From positions 3,117,814 through 3,181,813 of the forward strand of contig NC_134034.1 of NCBI RefSeq assembly GCF_964204645.1: a stretch of 64,000 bases of DNA, in the 5' to 3' direction. This document shows, piece after piece, positions 27,101 to 40,528 of the stretch; the first letter of the stretch is position 1, and each line of letters opens with the position of its first letter. The translations under genes were made by a program, and so were the position numbers. The stretch is from Tubulanus polymorphus. Lineage: Eukaryota > Animalia > Nemertea. Below the pieces are notes generated by a model. It did no database searches. It was given only the letters and a program-made list of their open reading frames with translations, and was not told the origin of the DNA.

Positions 27101-30100
27101 ACATTTTCAGTTTTATTTTCACTGATATCGATTTTTTGCGTTTCACAAATGAAACTCGTGTGAACCTCTTCGATTTGACACGGGAATCGAACCCAGTTCG
27201 CCGATCCTCGCGGATTATTCAGTATCATCGCCGTGCACGGCATGTTAACGTCGTTTATCGGTTGTTTTCTTTGTGGAGATATCAACCCTCGAATAACTGC
27301 TGGTATCGTGTCGTTCTTCGTAGGTTTATACCACTCCGTGTAGCTCAACGGTTTTCCATCAGTCCACGCGTAATGACCAGATCTAGACTAGAGATATAGA
27401 AAATACAAAATCAAGTGATATACTAAGAACGAAAGGAATTACGCGGAGGAAAACCATTATCTACATGCACTAATAGCTGAGTGACGATCATCAGAGCAGA
27501 CTCGACTATAGTGTTTCCTCGTTACACAGGACCAGATACTTCTTACTTGGGACGAAATTCTATATTTGCTATATCCGAAGAATAGTTGTATCCGAGTTCG
27601 TTGTAACGAGGTTGCACTGTGTGTGCGTGGTATTCAGTGTACTCACTAGATGTATGAATAATTTCAGCTTTATCAAAATCAAATCGATGATTGGTGCTCC
27701 AACCATGACTGGCTACGCCTTTATTTATACCAGTAAGTTTTTGGACTATATTTTTTTTCAATCGGGAGCCGAACCGGGAACCAGGAACCGGGAGCCAGCT
27801 TCACGGGGGTTAGATTTTATATACATCGCAGTCTAGGTTAAGGTTTGGCTTGATTACCTTTGACCAATACACGACTAATTTTATGCTCATAATGATTCGT
27901 TTATCCAATAAGGGGAGAGTGACGAAACTTTTCTAAAACAAGTACAAACGGGACTATCCTCAATGTTGGGGTGTAGATATTCTACTATTGACGGGTTTAC
28001 CTGCAGTTTCAATCCAATCATCATTATGAGCGCTTCCAGTGAATACGCCTGTTTCAGAAGTTTCGTGGCGAATAATCTTTTGATAGCCATCATCTCCTGT
28101 TCCGTGTTTATGCTCAGAAGATGTCCCGCGTATTTGTGTCTACAGTAAATTTCAGCATTCTCCCAATTCAGACGTTCATCGCTGATGTATTTCACGCACG
28201 AAATTCCCGAATACATAAATCCAACGTGATTACAATGAACAGCGTCAAAGTGTTTCGTCTCCAACACATGTTGTAAAATATATTGTATTTGAAATTTAGG
28301 GATAGTATTTTTTATTTCGAAATACAAGTAATCATCCATTAAACTATGAAATACGAGCTCTTTTACTGCGTTATTCCCACATATTTTGGTTTGACGTTGG
28401 TTCGCAATGCCTCTCCCATACATTTCCTGAATGAAGAAGATTGGATCATTTTTGCTAAAGATGTTCGTTGCACAACTTATCGAATCTATTACTTTGATGA
28501 TGAATCTGTAGTATTGAAAATGCCCTTTTTGCGGGGCGTTAGTCGTAAATTTATAATATAAAGACACTGTTGTACGCCCTGCCAATGCCGGATAGTTTGG
28601 TGATTGAACGAGTCCACATCTGTTCACTGGTGCAATTGTAATACCAATACTATTAAAATCTAATTTGTCATCATGTTTTTTCGATACTAGACATTTATGG
28701 CGCAGTTGGACAAATAGTGGACGCCACCAGAAGCCGACCCCACTACCCGTTATTACCGTGTTTAACACGATAGCATCTTTGAGATATTTGGTATCTATTC
28801 TCCAAAACCGGCGACAGGAATATGACCGATCAAGAGAGCAACGGTCGATTTGATATTCGTGTTCCGATGATACATAGATATTCCCGAAATGAAGGCGTCG
28901 GTTTTCGGGTGTAATCACGAGACAGCGTGATGTCGTATTGACCTGCCGTTCCCCCTCCTTTAAGACGTATCCATCACAGTCAGTAGGACGAAATACGAGA
29001 TAAGACCTCCTATCGACCGTTAGTGGACCGTAAAAGTTATAAGCGTACGCTACTACAGTAACCGGTCCGCCTGATGTAATCAGGCTGACGACGGATCGAC
29101 CGTAGTACGAACCAGGACAATACGGACCATAGCGTCTAGCCGTGAAATTACCGCCGTCAAATATGTAAAATCCAGCCCGTTCGCAGTTCTCCGACAAAAC
29201 TGTTAGTTCCATATTCTCTTCACGAACATCAACTTTCGTTCTGAACGGTAATGTATTTGCGCGATATATGGAGGATTTCTTTGGAAACACTTTGTATGAT
29301 GCCATGTACTCAGTTTTCTTTTGATTATATATCTACAAAAATTAATATTTCATAGTTCGATTAACGTATTTTCGGAATGTTCAATCATAATTATCAATTT
29401 TAATTTATACTCACTCGAAGATTAGTGACGTGTACATCTTCTGCCGATAGCGAATTCACTTTAAATCGTATCGCTTTTGCTAACGGGGTTTCTCGCGTCA
29501 TTAAAGCGCACAGTATTACGAGAAATCCATCGGATTTCACATTCAGCGATTCCAGGTAGTTGTAAGCGAGTAAAACGTCAGTTCCTACGACACGTAACCC
29601 TTCTAGTTTATAGACACCAATGACGTCACCGGATGTGACGAGATCACGTGTCCAGTTGAAGACGACGTACTGTAACACCTGCACTGTGATAGACCAGCAG
29701 TGTAAGTGTTTTGATCGAGTTATTACGTGTAAACTGTTGACATCGGGAACGAGCACTCCAGACTCGCGATTAAAGATCTGAATCAGCGGATTAGAGACGT
29801 TCCAATCTGATATTCTGTACGGCTTAACTGAAAGTTGTGACTTGAATTGCAGCTGACGATAAAGAACAGAGATGTGGGCTTGGTTCGTTTTAGTATAAAA
29901 TGACAAGGGTGGATGTCCGGTTTGCTCTGGTATAAGTGCCATAGGTTTGCTGCTGGCGTTCCATCCATCGTAGATTTTAACTGTCGCCGCTTGATCGGCC
30001 TCTGGTGTGAGTTTAAAACTTATCATGGTGAAAGTCAGATTCATGGCATTTGGCATTCCGATCCATTCCAGAAACATCTGGCAATTCTCCAGACGACTAA

Positions 30101-30626
30101 TTGCGTAATTATATCCTTTCGATGTTTGGATTTCCTTAATTTTGATATCATATTTTCGGCAGCTGTGACTAATTTTCAACTGACTTCGTTCGAAACGATA
30201 AAGGATATAAACTCTACTGCCTCGCAGACCTTCGTCGTTACTACTGAACATCAACGACATCGAATCGTGACGGCGGATTTCATGTTTTCCATTACCACAC
30301 AATCTGTTATCAGACTCGTAGACGACATAGTTATCACTACAGAATATCGACGGCTCGATGTCGTAGTATGCTCGGACGCGGAAAGTTCCCGGTAAAGAGC
30401 TGTCGATGAACCAACGACATTCAACACCGCGCGTTAACGACGGATAATTCGGCGAAACGATGTAACCGGACGTAGAATCTACGGGGTGCCACGTGTTGTT
30501 ACAAGACGAACGGACCGTCACAGACGATTCATCGGTAGAGTCTGCGCGTGCGATGCGAACTTGACAGACGATAAGTGACGCTATAAACAGCGCTCTCAGC
30601 CACTGCTCCATACCGAACAACATCAT
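24154..30626 (-). CDS. GRL101-like LRR GPCR with CUB, C-type lectin, LDLa and LRR ectodomain; 3 exons, ~1925 aa
   Basis: Exons 30626-29415, 29332-28001 and 27387-24154 join in phase 0 via GT-AG introns of 82 and 613 bp. Signal peptide; CUB (GYIVSPNYP..CRWFI); CTL (WENAEIYC..GHLLSI..WTDG); about 8 LDLa (CDxxxDCxDGxDE); LRRs; hinge FCCMAP..PFSSCSDLMG; 7TM ending PINSSLNPLLY. The start codon is uncertain. Confidence 0.88.
27630..27750 (-). mobile_element. Penelope-like GIY-YIG endonuclease fragment in intron 2 of the GRL101-like gene
   Basis: GVASHGWSTNHRFDFDKAEIIH resembles the VAxH..xHxFDFxxAxI motif of PLE endonucleases. Confidence 0.55.
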
Positions 30627-31519
30627 CACGATACAATGAACGAAATTGCTCAACGATTCTCAAGTTCTCAGAATTCCATTGCAGTTCGGTTTTCCGATGT
30701 TGAGAGACCAAAAACTAACGCAAACTATAAATCATTCGCTTCCCTCGACAACTTCAGAATACATTAACAACATTTTGCAGCCACTAATAATTAGTTGCAA
30801 GCGATATTCCGCATGGGCCATCATCAAAATATTCCGAGATCCTTAAATTACACAGATAACGAGCTTCCCAGTTATTTCCATAGTAGCGATTTCTGGTTTC
30901 ACGTTTCCACGCGTCGTCATGTCGACGTCCAAATAATAACATTTCAAAATCGCTCATTAAAATAATTTTTGCTTCGCCCAGGTTAACCTGATGTTAATTT
31001 TTTATATGATATTTTATCATTCTTGCTGATGTCTATAAAACGCATTAACCTTACGCATTGGTCTTACGTCTGATCTTACAGGTTTTACAGGCGCGCGTTC
31101 GAACGACGTTATTTAGACCTGCCTGAATTTGGCGTAATCCAATTTTGACCTGACCAAACGTTCGCACTTGTAAAATGTCCGTTCCAAATTGGCCCGGTTC
31201 AAAGAGCGAGTCAGGCCCGTTTCAAATTTTAAAACGAGCTAATTCTGTCAGCGTGGACAGAAACTGGTACCGGGTTAGTTCGTAATCGTTCTCCGCAGTA
31301 TTTGGCATTTGTCTAATGAAAGGGCGGGGTGGTAGGTAAGAAAGTATTCGACGGTTAATCTAACTGAGACGTCAAAGTATTGAAATTTTCAGATAATCCC
31401 TTCGTGACCACAGAATCCGGTCCTTTTGTCGGATGGACTATTATACATAGTCTTTGCCATGATCAATCAGCTTCAGGTAAAATCTCCTGTGACCCTGGGT
31501 CTCACTGAAATCGCAACTT

Positions 31520-31699
31520 TACGGAAGCCCCTAGGTGACATACGAGATAATTATTTCATAATTTCGACTTTTTATGTCGAAATTCGACATAAGTCATCGA
31601 CATGATTAACTCGAAATTCGACATGATATGTCGAATTGCGACATAATAAGTCGAAATTGTGAAAATATCATCTCGTATGTCACCCAGGGGCTTCCGTAC
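31520..31699. mobile_element. MITE, TA-flanked
   Basis: TIRs TACGGAAGCCCCTAGGTGACATACGAGAT / ATCTCGTATGTCACCCAGGGGCTTCCGTA. Confidence 0.75.
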
Positions 31700-31787
31700 A
31701 ACTTAACTTGCAGGCCATTCTATTTTCCAAGGCGTGCAGGGATGTTGATTGTGGCCGAGGATTTTGTCTCAGCAATTAACCTGTTAT

Positions 31788-32285
31788 ATATGGTGGCTGA
31801 TTCGGACCATACTAAAAAAATTTTTTGTACGGCTAGAGCAACGATAAAAAAATTTTTACAGTGGCCCTTTTTTGGTTTTCTCGCGCGAGAATTCAAAACT
31901 TTTGGTTTTCTCGCGTGAGAAAACCAAAAGTTTTGAGTTCTCGCGCAGGAAAACAAAATGGGCCATTGTAGAAAAATTTTCAAACTAAAATGTTTAGTTT
32001 TCTCGTGCGAGAAAACCGAACGTTTTGAATTCTCGCGCGAGAAAACCAAACTTGTTGAATTCTCGCGCGAGAAAACCAAAATTTTTTGAATTCTCGCGTG
32101 AGATACCAAAATTTTTTGAATTCTCGCGCGAGAAAACCAAACTTTTTGAATTCTCGCGCGAGGAAACCAAAAGTTTTGAATTTTCGCGTGAGAAAGCCAA
32201 AAAACGGGCCAATGTGAAAAAGTTTTTATCGGTGCTTTAGCCGTACAGAAAATTTTTTTAGTATGGCCCGAATCAGCCACCATAG
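31788..32285. mobile_element. Non-autonomous DNA transposon with long TIRs and internal ~30-bp repeats
   Basis: TATGGTGGCTGATTCGGACCATACTAAAAAAA / TTTTTTTAGTATGGCCCGAATCAGCCACCATA; internal AAAACCAAAATTTTTTGAATTCTCGCGCGAG array. Confidence 0.8.
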
Positions 32286-32689
32286 TTATCCATATAGTTT
32301 TTCAACTGAAGCATATTAATATAGTAATCGTTTATCATCTACGATGTATGAAATGTACATTCCGAATGGAAAGACCAGACATGAGAAACCCTGGAAATAA
32401 GAAGCATGATATTCATGACTCTAACATTAAGATGCATGAAAAATAAGCAACCAGTTATCTCCATCCGGTGATTGCACACCTATAGAACCCCAAGATCCAT
32501 CGCGTATAGCATCTATTCGTCTTTACTTAGTTCATTGAAACTTATTGATATTCATTACATTTGTTACATTTGTTTCTAACTTACCAAGTTCCCTGGGCCT
32601 GGCTTTATACTGTTTTTTGCTGGCTGCACAAGATGGTAATAAGACAAATGCCGTTGCCCAGAAAACTTCGCCTAACTTGGACCTACCTA

Positions 32690-33095
32690 ATCACCGACAC
32701 CAGGTTGAAAGTGAAATGCACTTTGTAATAGAATGTCCGTGCTACGACGAATTTCGCTTAGACCTATACTCGCATCGCAAATTAGTCATGACAACTTTCG
32801 GCAAGAAATTTACTCACTGATTATCAAATAAAAAACACCTTGGAAACTTCTTGATTCGAGCATGGTTTAAGAGAAATTCCATCGTCAATATCAGTTTAGA
32901 ATCACTTTTTTGTATCCTATACAATTTTTTGTATATATTAATGATCACATTTGCAAGACTTGTTAATGTAAATGCTATGTTAAAGTGATTTGTAAGCCAT
33001 ACATGGCTCGGTACGCTGGATCCTCTTACACGTAAATTCATGTATGTATTATGTCGTACATGTCACTATAATACAAAAATACGATACAATACAAA
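32690..33095 (+). mobile_element. 5'-truncated LINE (ORF2 C-terminal zinc knuckle and 3' tail)
   Basis: VESEMHFVIECPCYDEFR matches the ExxxHFxxxCPxY motif; simple-repeat tail at ~33070-33095. Confidence 0.65.
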
Positions 33096-33371
33096 AATTC
33101 ATTTTTCCGAGGTAAGCGAAAGTCCGAGCTTACGATAGGAACACGCAAAGTGCTTTCTAGAAAATTCACTACATTGGGATTTAGTTTCCTGGCTAGGAAA
33201 GATGAACCAGGGATTTGGCTTTTTGTTGAAATTTTTCTACCTCGTGTTGTAAAAATGTGGATTTTCTTATTCGTAATTCAGAAATATGTTGTATTCCTTT
33301 CTCATGTCCGCAGGACGCTACCGCGATATCATTCTTACGAGAACCTAGCAGCAGTAAGTCTTATGCCGTAC

Positions 33372-33537
33372 ACAACCGTGGAACCTCGTTACAGCGAACT
33401 CGACGGGACCGGAAAATATGTTCGTTATAACCGATAGTTCGCTCTATCCAAAATGAAATCAATCAAATTACTTGGGACGAAATTCTTTATCCGATGAATC
33501 GTTGTATCGGGGTCCGTTATAACGAGGTCCCACTGTA
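33372..33537. mobile_element. pogo/Tigger-like MITE
   Basis: GTGGAACCTCGTTAC...GTTATAACGAGGTCCCACTGTA. Confidence 0.7.
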
Positions 33538-34322
33538 TAGGCCAACTGATAATTCACTGGGTCTTAAAAAATGGAAAATAGAAACAAAATTCGATTGAAC
33601 AAATTAAGCTAAATTAATTTTGTCAATGTGTCAAATCCGTGTCCTCAAACCAAAAAACGTAGCTCAGATCGTTTTGATACATTGGTACATATATGTTTGT
33701 AATATTTTAGGATGTAATATTTCGTGATCTTTAGGGACGATATTTTTCTTGCGATACTGACATATAGCCCATGTACTATATATTATTTGTTACATCATTT
33801 CATCCCATGATTCATCTTCATTTCACCTCCTCATACATTTCATGTGGAGAGTTGAACCGTCGGTCAGTTTACCATATCGGGTAAGGAAATCCGATCCCGA
33901 CGGTGAGATTCTCTACTTCCATCATTTTAGAATATAGTAGTATCCCTCCCTCGATCATCGCCATTCGTACCAGTCGGTTATAATAAACCTTACATATATT
34001 CAAATTCACGAGTGGACGTTTTTTATTTTACGGAACCAGGCAGATATTTCACGGACATTATAAGATCACTTCTGAGCTATTCCCATATATCAATACCATC
34101 GATATACCCTCTCCACCCGACTCAACACTACGTTTTAGTGTCTATTTTAGCGTTCAAACTAGAATATATAACGCAGTTTTATATTTCACTGAAACCTTCA
34201 ATTTCTAGCAGGGTTTTGTCACTATGATATGTATAGAAATAATCATAGACGTGCGCTTTCCCGAGCCGCAGTGTTCAGCCGTCTGAGGACGGACTCAGTG
34301 TCGTCTGCGTTCTGATAATGAC

Positions 34323-35636
34323 ATGAATGAGTCGACTGAAGTTACCTCACTGGAACCTGCGAACAACTTCACTACAGCCGCCACTTACACGATCACAACT
34401 CATCGTCAGGTCTACTCGCCCGGTGACGCGTTTTTTCGATTCATTTTATACATTAACAATGGAAACCAACACATCAGACACCTACTTCTGTTTCCAATGG
34501 GAAATTTCTTCAATACCGTGACTATAGTTTTACTGATAAAATGTCGGAGGTGTCAGTCGGTTCGTTACACGTTCCCCTATCTGATGGCTATTGCGATCAC
34601 TGATCAAACTATCATCACATATCACATGATTCTCGATTTCGCCCGAAATGTGATCGATTTCCTCTACAGAATTGGATTAAACAGGTGTTTTATATTTTAC
34701 ATGTCACTAACAGACGTCAAAAGACGATGTCCATATATTTATTATTTCTATTACTATTTTCAATATATGCCGAGAAGGTTGATTCCTTTCTGTTACGTCA
34801 CAAGTCTGCTCTACCGTCCGGCCATTGCCGTATCAAACTACACAGTTTTAGTGATCGTTATGGAACGATTTATTTCGATTCGTTTTCCGTTCTTTCACTT
34901 ACGCACTTCACCGTTAAACGGCGTAAACTGGCGATAGCTGCCGTCGTTTTGTGGGCTTACGTTTTACAAGTACGTAGGCTTATTACACAAAGTGCCGTAA
35001 GTCTCCGGCAACGTAGAAGATACAGACACAATGAAACCATTTACGAATGGAGATGTGACCGTCCTGATTTTATTTCAAATAAAATTCCGGCATTTCTAAA
35101 ACCATTTGCCGAAGAGGTCTTACCGTGTTTTCCCATAATTATGCTATCAGTAATAACTGCTGTGACGCGTAATAAAAGATCAGATCTGAGAGCGTCGAGA
35201 AGAACAGATCGCCATCAATCTTCAGCCAGTAAAACTCTTCTTGCTCTTGTCATAATGTTCGTAGTGCTTGTTTTGCCCGAAGAATTATGCACATTCGTCG
35301 ATTATCTATACTCATTTCTATTTAGGGTTTTTAAGACTGCTGGTAAACGGTCCGCTTACTCGAACACACACGACGTACTTAGACACACGGTCATAGCGAG
35401 AGAGTCACTTCAAATATTCCGACAATCAGCTTTCTGCGTTAACTTTTTCATTTACATAGGAACAATTCCAGTTTTCCGAAAACAATTTATGCACTTGTTC
35501 ACCAGTTTGAAAAAAAGAAGTTAAACGAACGAATCTAAAACAGAACATAAATGAACCTGAAGATATAACGAGAAACGAACTTAGAAGTTCAGGTGATAAC
35601 ACCCGCACTGACTGGAAAGAGGATGGAAAAAAGTAA
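34323..35636 (+). pseudogene. Frameshifted intronless class A peptide-type GPCR
   Basis: TM1-TM3 (GNFFN, IAITD, MERFISIRFPF) are in ORF 34323-34937. TM4-TM7 (FVVLVLPE, CVNFFIY) are in ORF 34685-35524. Frameshift at ~34900, and probably a second one in the A-run at ~35510. Confidence 0.78.
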
Positions 35637-36373
35637 TCGCTAGAATAACAATAAAGGGTTTTCTGCTACCTTGTATAAAAACCCATCTTCACCCGGTAAG
35701 GGACTCGAGCCCCCTACGCCAAAGCTGTTCCCCGAATTTGCCGGAGTATTTCCGTTACGCCGTTGCCGTCTAGTGAGTACACAATCGAGTTGCAACGTCC
35801 GGAGGAAAGTGGACGTATTTCCCGACAAAATACAAACAGATACAATGCCCATCTACGGTTCGGCTTCTAAAATAGAAGCTCGAAAACGAATCCAACACGA
35901 ATCCAATCCTTTTTCGAAATTGGTTTCGTTTGGCCGAAGGGTCGTCATCGCGATGGGGTGGGTATGGGGAATGGATATGTTCTCTTGTGCCTTGGAATTC
36001 AGACCCCACACTTTATTCCTGATATGTAAAGGATTCGAACCCATTTCTGCTTCAGTCTTGCTAGGATGGCAAAAATTGAATCACCCATCAACCTCGACGG
36101 AAAGGAGGTTTCGGACTCTCTAAGTCATGTGACCATGATTGGAGGCAAACGGATTCTCCGCCCTGAGAAGAAAGTACACCCCACGGTTGGTAAAGGGACG
36201 TGAACATTTTGAAAACATAACAAGGTCATTTACAATATATACAAATACAGTTTACTACATGTATTACGATTGCGATTACGATTACGATTACGATTATATT
36301 AACACTCCAACTCCAACCTTTTCCATGGTATATGGAGCAAAACTATTACACATGTATATACAAATATTTACAA

Positions 36374-36519
<146 letters not shown>

Positions 36520-37681
36520 AAATCAACTATTTACAATACATATTTATACTATTGGAGGTATCTATACATCATCTAAGCCGGTTTTAATGAATTTAACCAA
36601 TTGGACCATTGGGTTTTTTCAAAATATCAAATGTATTAAAGGTATTCAAATTCAAATAGTTTATGCGGGGTTCATCAAGTGAGATACAGTCAAACAGAAA
36701 ATGGGATTCATCACCTTAAGTATTACAAGTGAGGATAATTCTATCAGCTCTGTCTAAATGAAGGTTTGAAAATTTGTTCAAATATAAGGTAAAATCCAGG
36801 TAAAATATAGGACCCGACCTTAAATTCAAATAAACCCAGTTACTAAGTCTTCACCAAGTTCTATTATATGCTTCTCTAGCCTAATATCATTTTAATATTG
36901 CCTAAAGTTAGTGTATATCGGACCGCACTGTACACTAGCGACACCTGGCGAATAATGGTGGAATACCGCTTGCCACAGTAGCGTTGTCAGTACACCATTT
37001 CAACTGGTTTTGAATAATTCACGTACTTCACGGAAATTGCCGGAAATTCCCGATTGAACTCGTCGCGAATCCTAGTTTAAAACTGTATAAACCGAATTCC
37101 GGCACGATCCGCCACAAATCACGTGACCGTTACCGAGGCAACCTTGGTTACATTCGGAATCGGGCGCGCGACCTTGGTTGCCGTAGAAATTTCCGCAATA
37201 ACATTCATCATATTCTGTACTGCCGCGTAGTAGTAACCTGGATGATATTTAAAAAAAAAAAACAATCAAAACAAAACATTTAAGGCACAATTACGATAAA
37301 ATATTGAAAATTTCATTCAAAATTAATCAATATAGTTAGCTGCACTAATGATTCTAACATTCAATCACGTTCCATCTCTTTCTAAATATCAGCCAGTCGA
37401 TCTTCATATTGGCCGTAACACGTTGCTTCCATATACGGCCAATATGACGTAACAAAGCGTACCTTTTTGCCCGCAGCTTTTTCTGCAGAAGTCCGGGTGT
37501 TGCGGGGTTTGGCGTCCGGTTGTGAAGGTGAAATCTCTGGTATTACAGTCGCGATAGCAGCCTCGATAAACTGTGGAAACAATCATGAATGCGGATTATT
37601 ATATCACAATCAACAGTTCCACAGTAAGCGGACTTTTGCGAGGTTGTCATCTACTAAGCGAGTGGTACCTCTAATTTCGCG

Positions 37682-37770
37682 ATTACAATTACAATTACAA
37701 TTACAATTACAATTACAATTACAATTACAATTACAATTACAATTACAATTACAATTACAATTACAATTAT
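37682..37770. repeat. (ATTACA)n microsatellite
   Basis: About 14-15 copies. Confidence 0.95.
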
Positions 37771-38529
37771 AATGCCGCAGTAGACCGGCTGCGCAGGTAC
37801 ATGCGCAGCTTTGCCGCACGAAAACTTGCGGCACCAATCAGATTGCTCCTCGTATAATCGCCGAGGTAAATTTCACGGAAGAACCATAAATGGGAAAACC
37901 CGGGCTAAAATGAAACGGGATATCTGATTGGCTGATATTATTACATCATCTGAGGTGCGCGTGTAGCTGCGCACTCGGTCTAGTGCGGCAGGGTTTCGTA
38001 CCGTGGCAATCTCGACGCCAACAGGTTCGAATCCCTGCCGGGGGAGAATATACATACAGAAATGCTTAGTTTTGTACTTGTATTATATATAGTTCTATGA
38101 AAATAAATCAATATCAATATCAATATATCACATTAGATGCGGGAGCACTCATTTCATTTTGACCAGATTCCCGTCGCTGAATTTCCCGACGCGGTGATGA
38201 GAAACACGGTTTTATTTTTAAATGGCCTAAAATGGATTTTTCTCTGGAATGAATAGCCTTTTTTTTAGAAAAAAAAGAAGTAAATATTGCATTTCACGCT
38301 GCAGTAAAAATAAAATATGATTTGACGCACACACCGCGCATCAATAATTGCGACAAATTACATCATTTATAATTCAGCAGATATCGGAAAACAATGACAA
38401 TGAAAATCGGGGAACAGTTTCAGAGTATTCTCTTTGGCGTATAACTGTCGCACGTGATTATGACGTAATTTTAGAGGCTATATGGGAATAGCAGGATCCG
38501 CAAGTCAGATGCGATAGAACTAGGTACAT

Positions 38530-38695
38530 AGGCAAATTAAACCCACACAACTGTGAAACTGGGTCCAGAGGCGAATTAAACCCACACAACTGTGAAACTG
38601 GATCCAGAGTCAAATTAAACCCACACAACTGTGAAACTGGGTCCAGAGTCAAATTAAACCCACACAACTGTGAAACTGGGTCCAGAGTAAAATTG
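38530..38695. repeat. 39-bp tandem repeat resembling a Harbinger-MITE end (second array 39165-39335)
   Basis: GTCAAATTAAACCCACACAACTGTGAAACTGGGTCCAGA units, similar to the MITE end at 1145-1178. Confidence 0.8.
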
Positions 38696-39360
38696 ATTCA
38701 AAAGTTCAATTTTGGATACTTTACTGAAATCAAGGGACAGTCAAGCAATTTTAGAGACTGTCCTTGACTGTCAGGGGACAGTAAACCATTTTCAAAGACT
38801 GTTCCTGACAATCAGAGGACAGTAAACTATTTTCAGAGACTGTTCCTGACAATCAGGGGACTGAAGTCAGTTGAAAGTTTGATGATAGAGTTTGTTGTTG
38901 AAAACTGCAGGCAGATTTGTTTATGCTGCTAGACGCTATGCTGCGATTCATTAATTTGCTTATCGTGAGAATAATGTAAAGAATAGAAAGAATAGAACCA
39001 ACAATTTTGTAGAACGCAATGTTATCGAATATCAATATGAAAATAGACAATGCAAAGAATCAGGTTGTACATTACGTTATTGGTAAATTTATTGACTAGT
39101 CGCGTTTAGTCTGAGAGAACTTCCAGATCGTTGACCGACAAGTAAATCAAACTTATGACTTGTATCTAGAGTCAAATTAAACCCACGGAACTGTGGAACT
39201 GGATCCACAGTCATATTAAACACACACAACTGTGGAACTGGATCATAAGTCATTTTAAACCCAAACAACTGTGGAACTGGATCCAATGTCAATTTAAACC
39301 GAAACAATTGTGGAACTGAGTTAAGAGTCAAATCTAAAAGAACTCACTTTGAAATATTGT

Positions 39361-39687
39361 CTATCCAATAAAGGAATTACCTTTGCCGTAAATCATGATC
39401 CGGTCACTTGCCGGAGGCGGTGTTCGAATTTTACGGGACGAGTCCTTATAAAGTTCACATGTACCTGAAACAGATCTGTAGCTATCGCAGTTCCGGTCAT
39501 TGCTACATGTCATTGCGCAATCAATCCAATATCTGACCGGAGCAGACGAGAATTTCACACCCGGGTCTTCATCCGGTTTCAACCGGCGAAAACGGAACGA
39601 TACATCAGTCGCTTGACCACCGGTCATCGAAGCTGATCGACACATCGCCATAGCGACGAGAAAAACTGTACTCAAACTGGTTTCCAT
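39361..39687 (-). CDS. Small secreted PAN/apple-domain protein (3' end may be spliced)
   Basis: Hydrophobic signal peptide; CAMTCSNDRNCDSY...GTCELY cysteine pattern; GTAATT donor near 39380. Confidence 0.65.
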   Translation of the reverse strand: METSLSTVFLVAMAMCRSASMTGGQATDVSFRFRRLKPDEDPGVKFSSAPVRYWIDCAMTCSNDRNCDSYRSVSGTCELYKDSSRKIRTPPPASDRIMIYGKGNSFIG

Positions 39688-39901
39688 AGTAACTGACGCA
39701 CCGGTTTGCCTTTTGCGGTTATGTTATAGTAGCTATCACCGTGAGCCGGTACCTGCAGAAATACTGATATCCCGAAAGACGGAGTGCACGCGAGGGAGCT
39801 CATCGATTAGAAAATAACAGTACGTAATTGGCGGGTGGAGTCTAGGTATAGCCGTCTAGTGAAGCCGGTTTTCTATCGAGGTCTAACACACCCCAAGGAC
39901 C

Positions 39902-40528
39902 TGTTGTGGGTATGGATTCTCCACCAATGTTATAGTCGCGTATATCTACCAGTGTTGTGGATCCGGGTTGGGTTCTCCAACTAGCGTTGTGGTAATGATT
40001 CTTTCGACGATGTTGCGAGGGACACTCTCTTAGGTCGGATCTTAGTCCTTGGTCTTGACTTTCTTATAAGGCTCCCGGATATAACTTTCTTAATATAACT
40101 TCATTCCCGGAGCTCTCCCTAAAACCTCTTCTCTCCAGCCTCTCTCTAAAGCTTTCTTAAACCCTTTTATATTATTTTATCTTTAGTAACGTGTGCAGGC
40201 CCTCTTCCACACATGGCTTGGAATTCATGGCTTGTGACGTATTCATACGTCACAACATTCCTCCCATCCATGTATGGGTGATGACGTATCTGCACACGTC
40301 ACAATTATCTATAAATACCCTTTTGCACTCACCAGAGCTCATGGCCGCGCCATATTAGGTTTACCTACGTAGACAAATACGTCAGTTCCAGACTTGTTTA
40401 CTTGTATAACTTCTATTTATGTTTATGTATGACGTACGCATCAACGCAGGTTGTCTGGCGATAACAACACTGGCCATGAACTCCAGCTTCCGTACATTTA
40501 TCTAAACTACTAAACTATCTGCACAACA
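39902..40528 (-). mobile_element. Solo LTR (Gypsy-like), 627 bp
   Basis: TGTTGTG...CACAACA termini with 4-bp TSD GACC (39898-39901 and 40529-40532). Minus-strand TATA-like ATATAAAAGGG at ~40162-40172. Confidence 0.72.

Noticed and set aside
29913-30395. 160-aa plus-strand ORF and other antisense ORFs over the GPCR and ZNF genes
   Set aside because: Shadow frames of real coding sequence on the opposite strand.
31628-32283. Overlapping ORFs with FSREN repeats
   Set aside because: Products of MITE internal repeats.
35640-36230. Cluster of short ORFs downstream of the GPCR pseudogene
   Set aside because: No recognisable motifs or consistent splice structure.
37404-37447. 14-bp perfect hairpin as a pre-miRNA
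   Set aside because: Stem is too short, does not extend, and has no recognisable seed.
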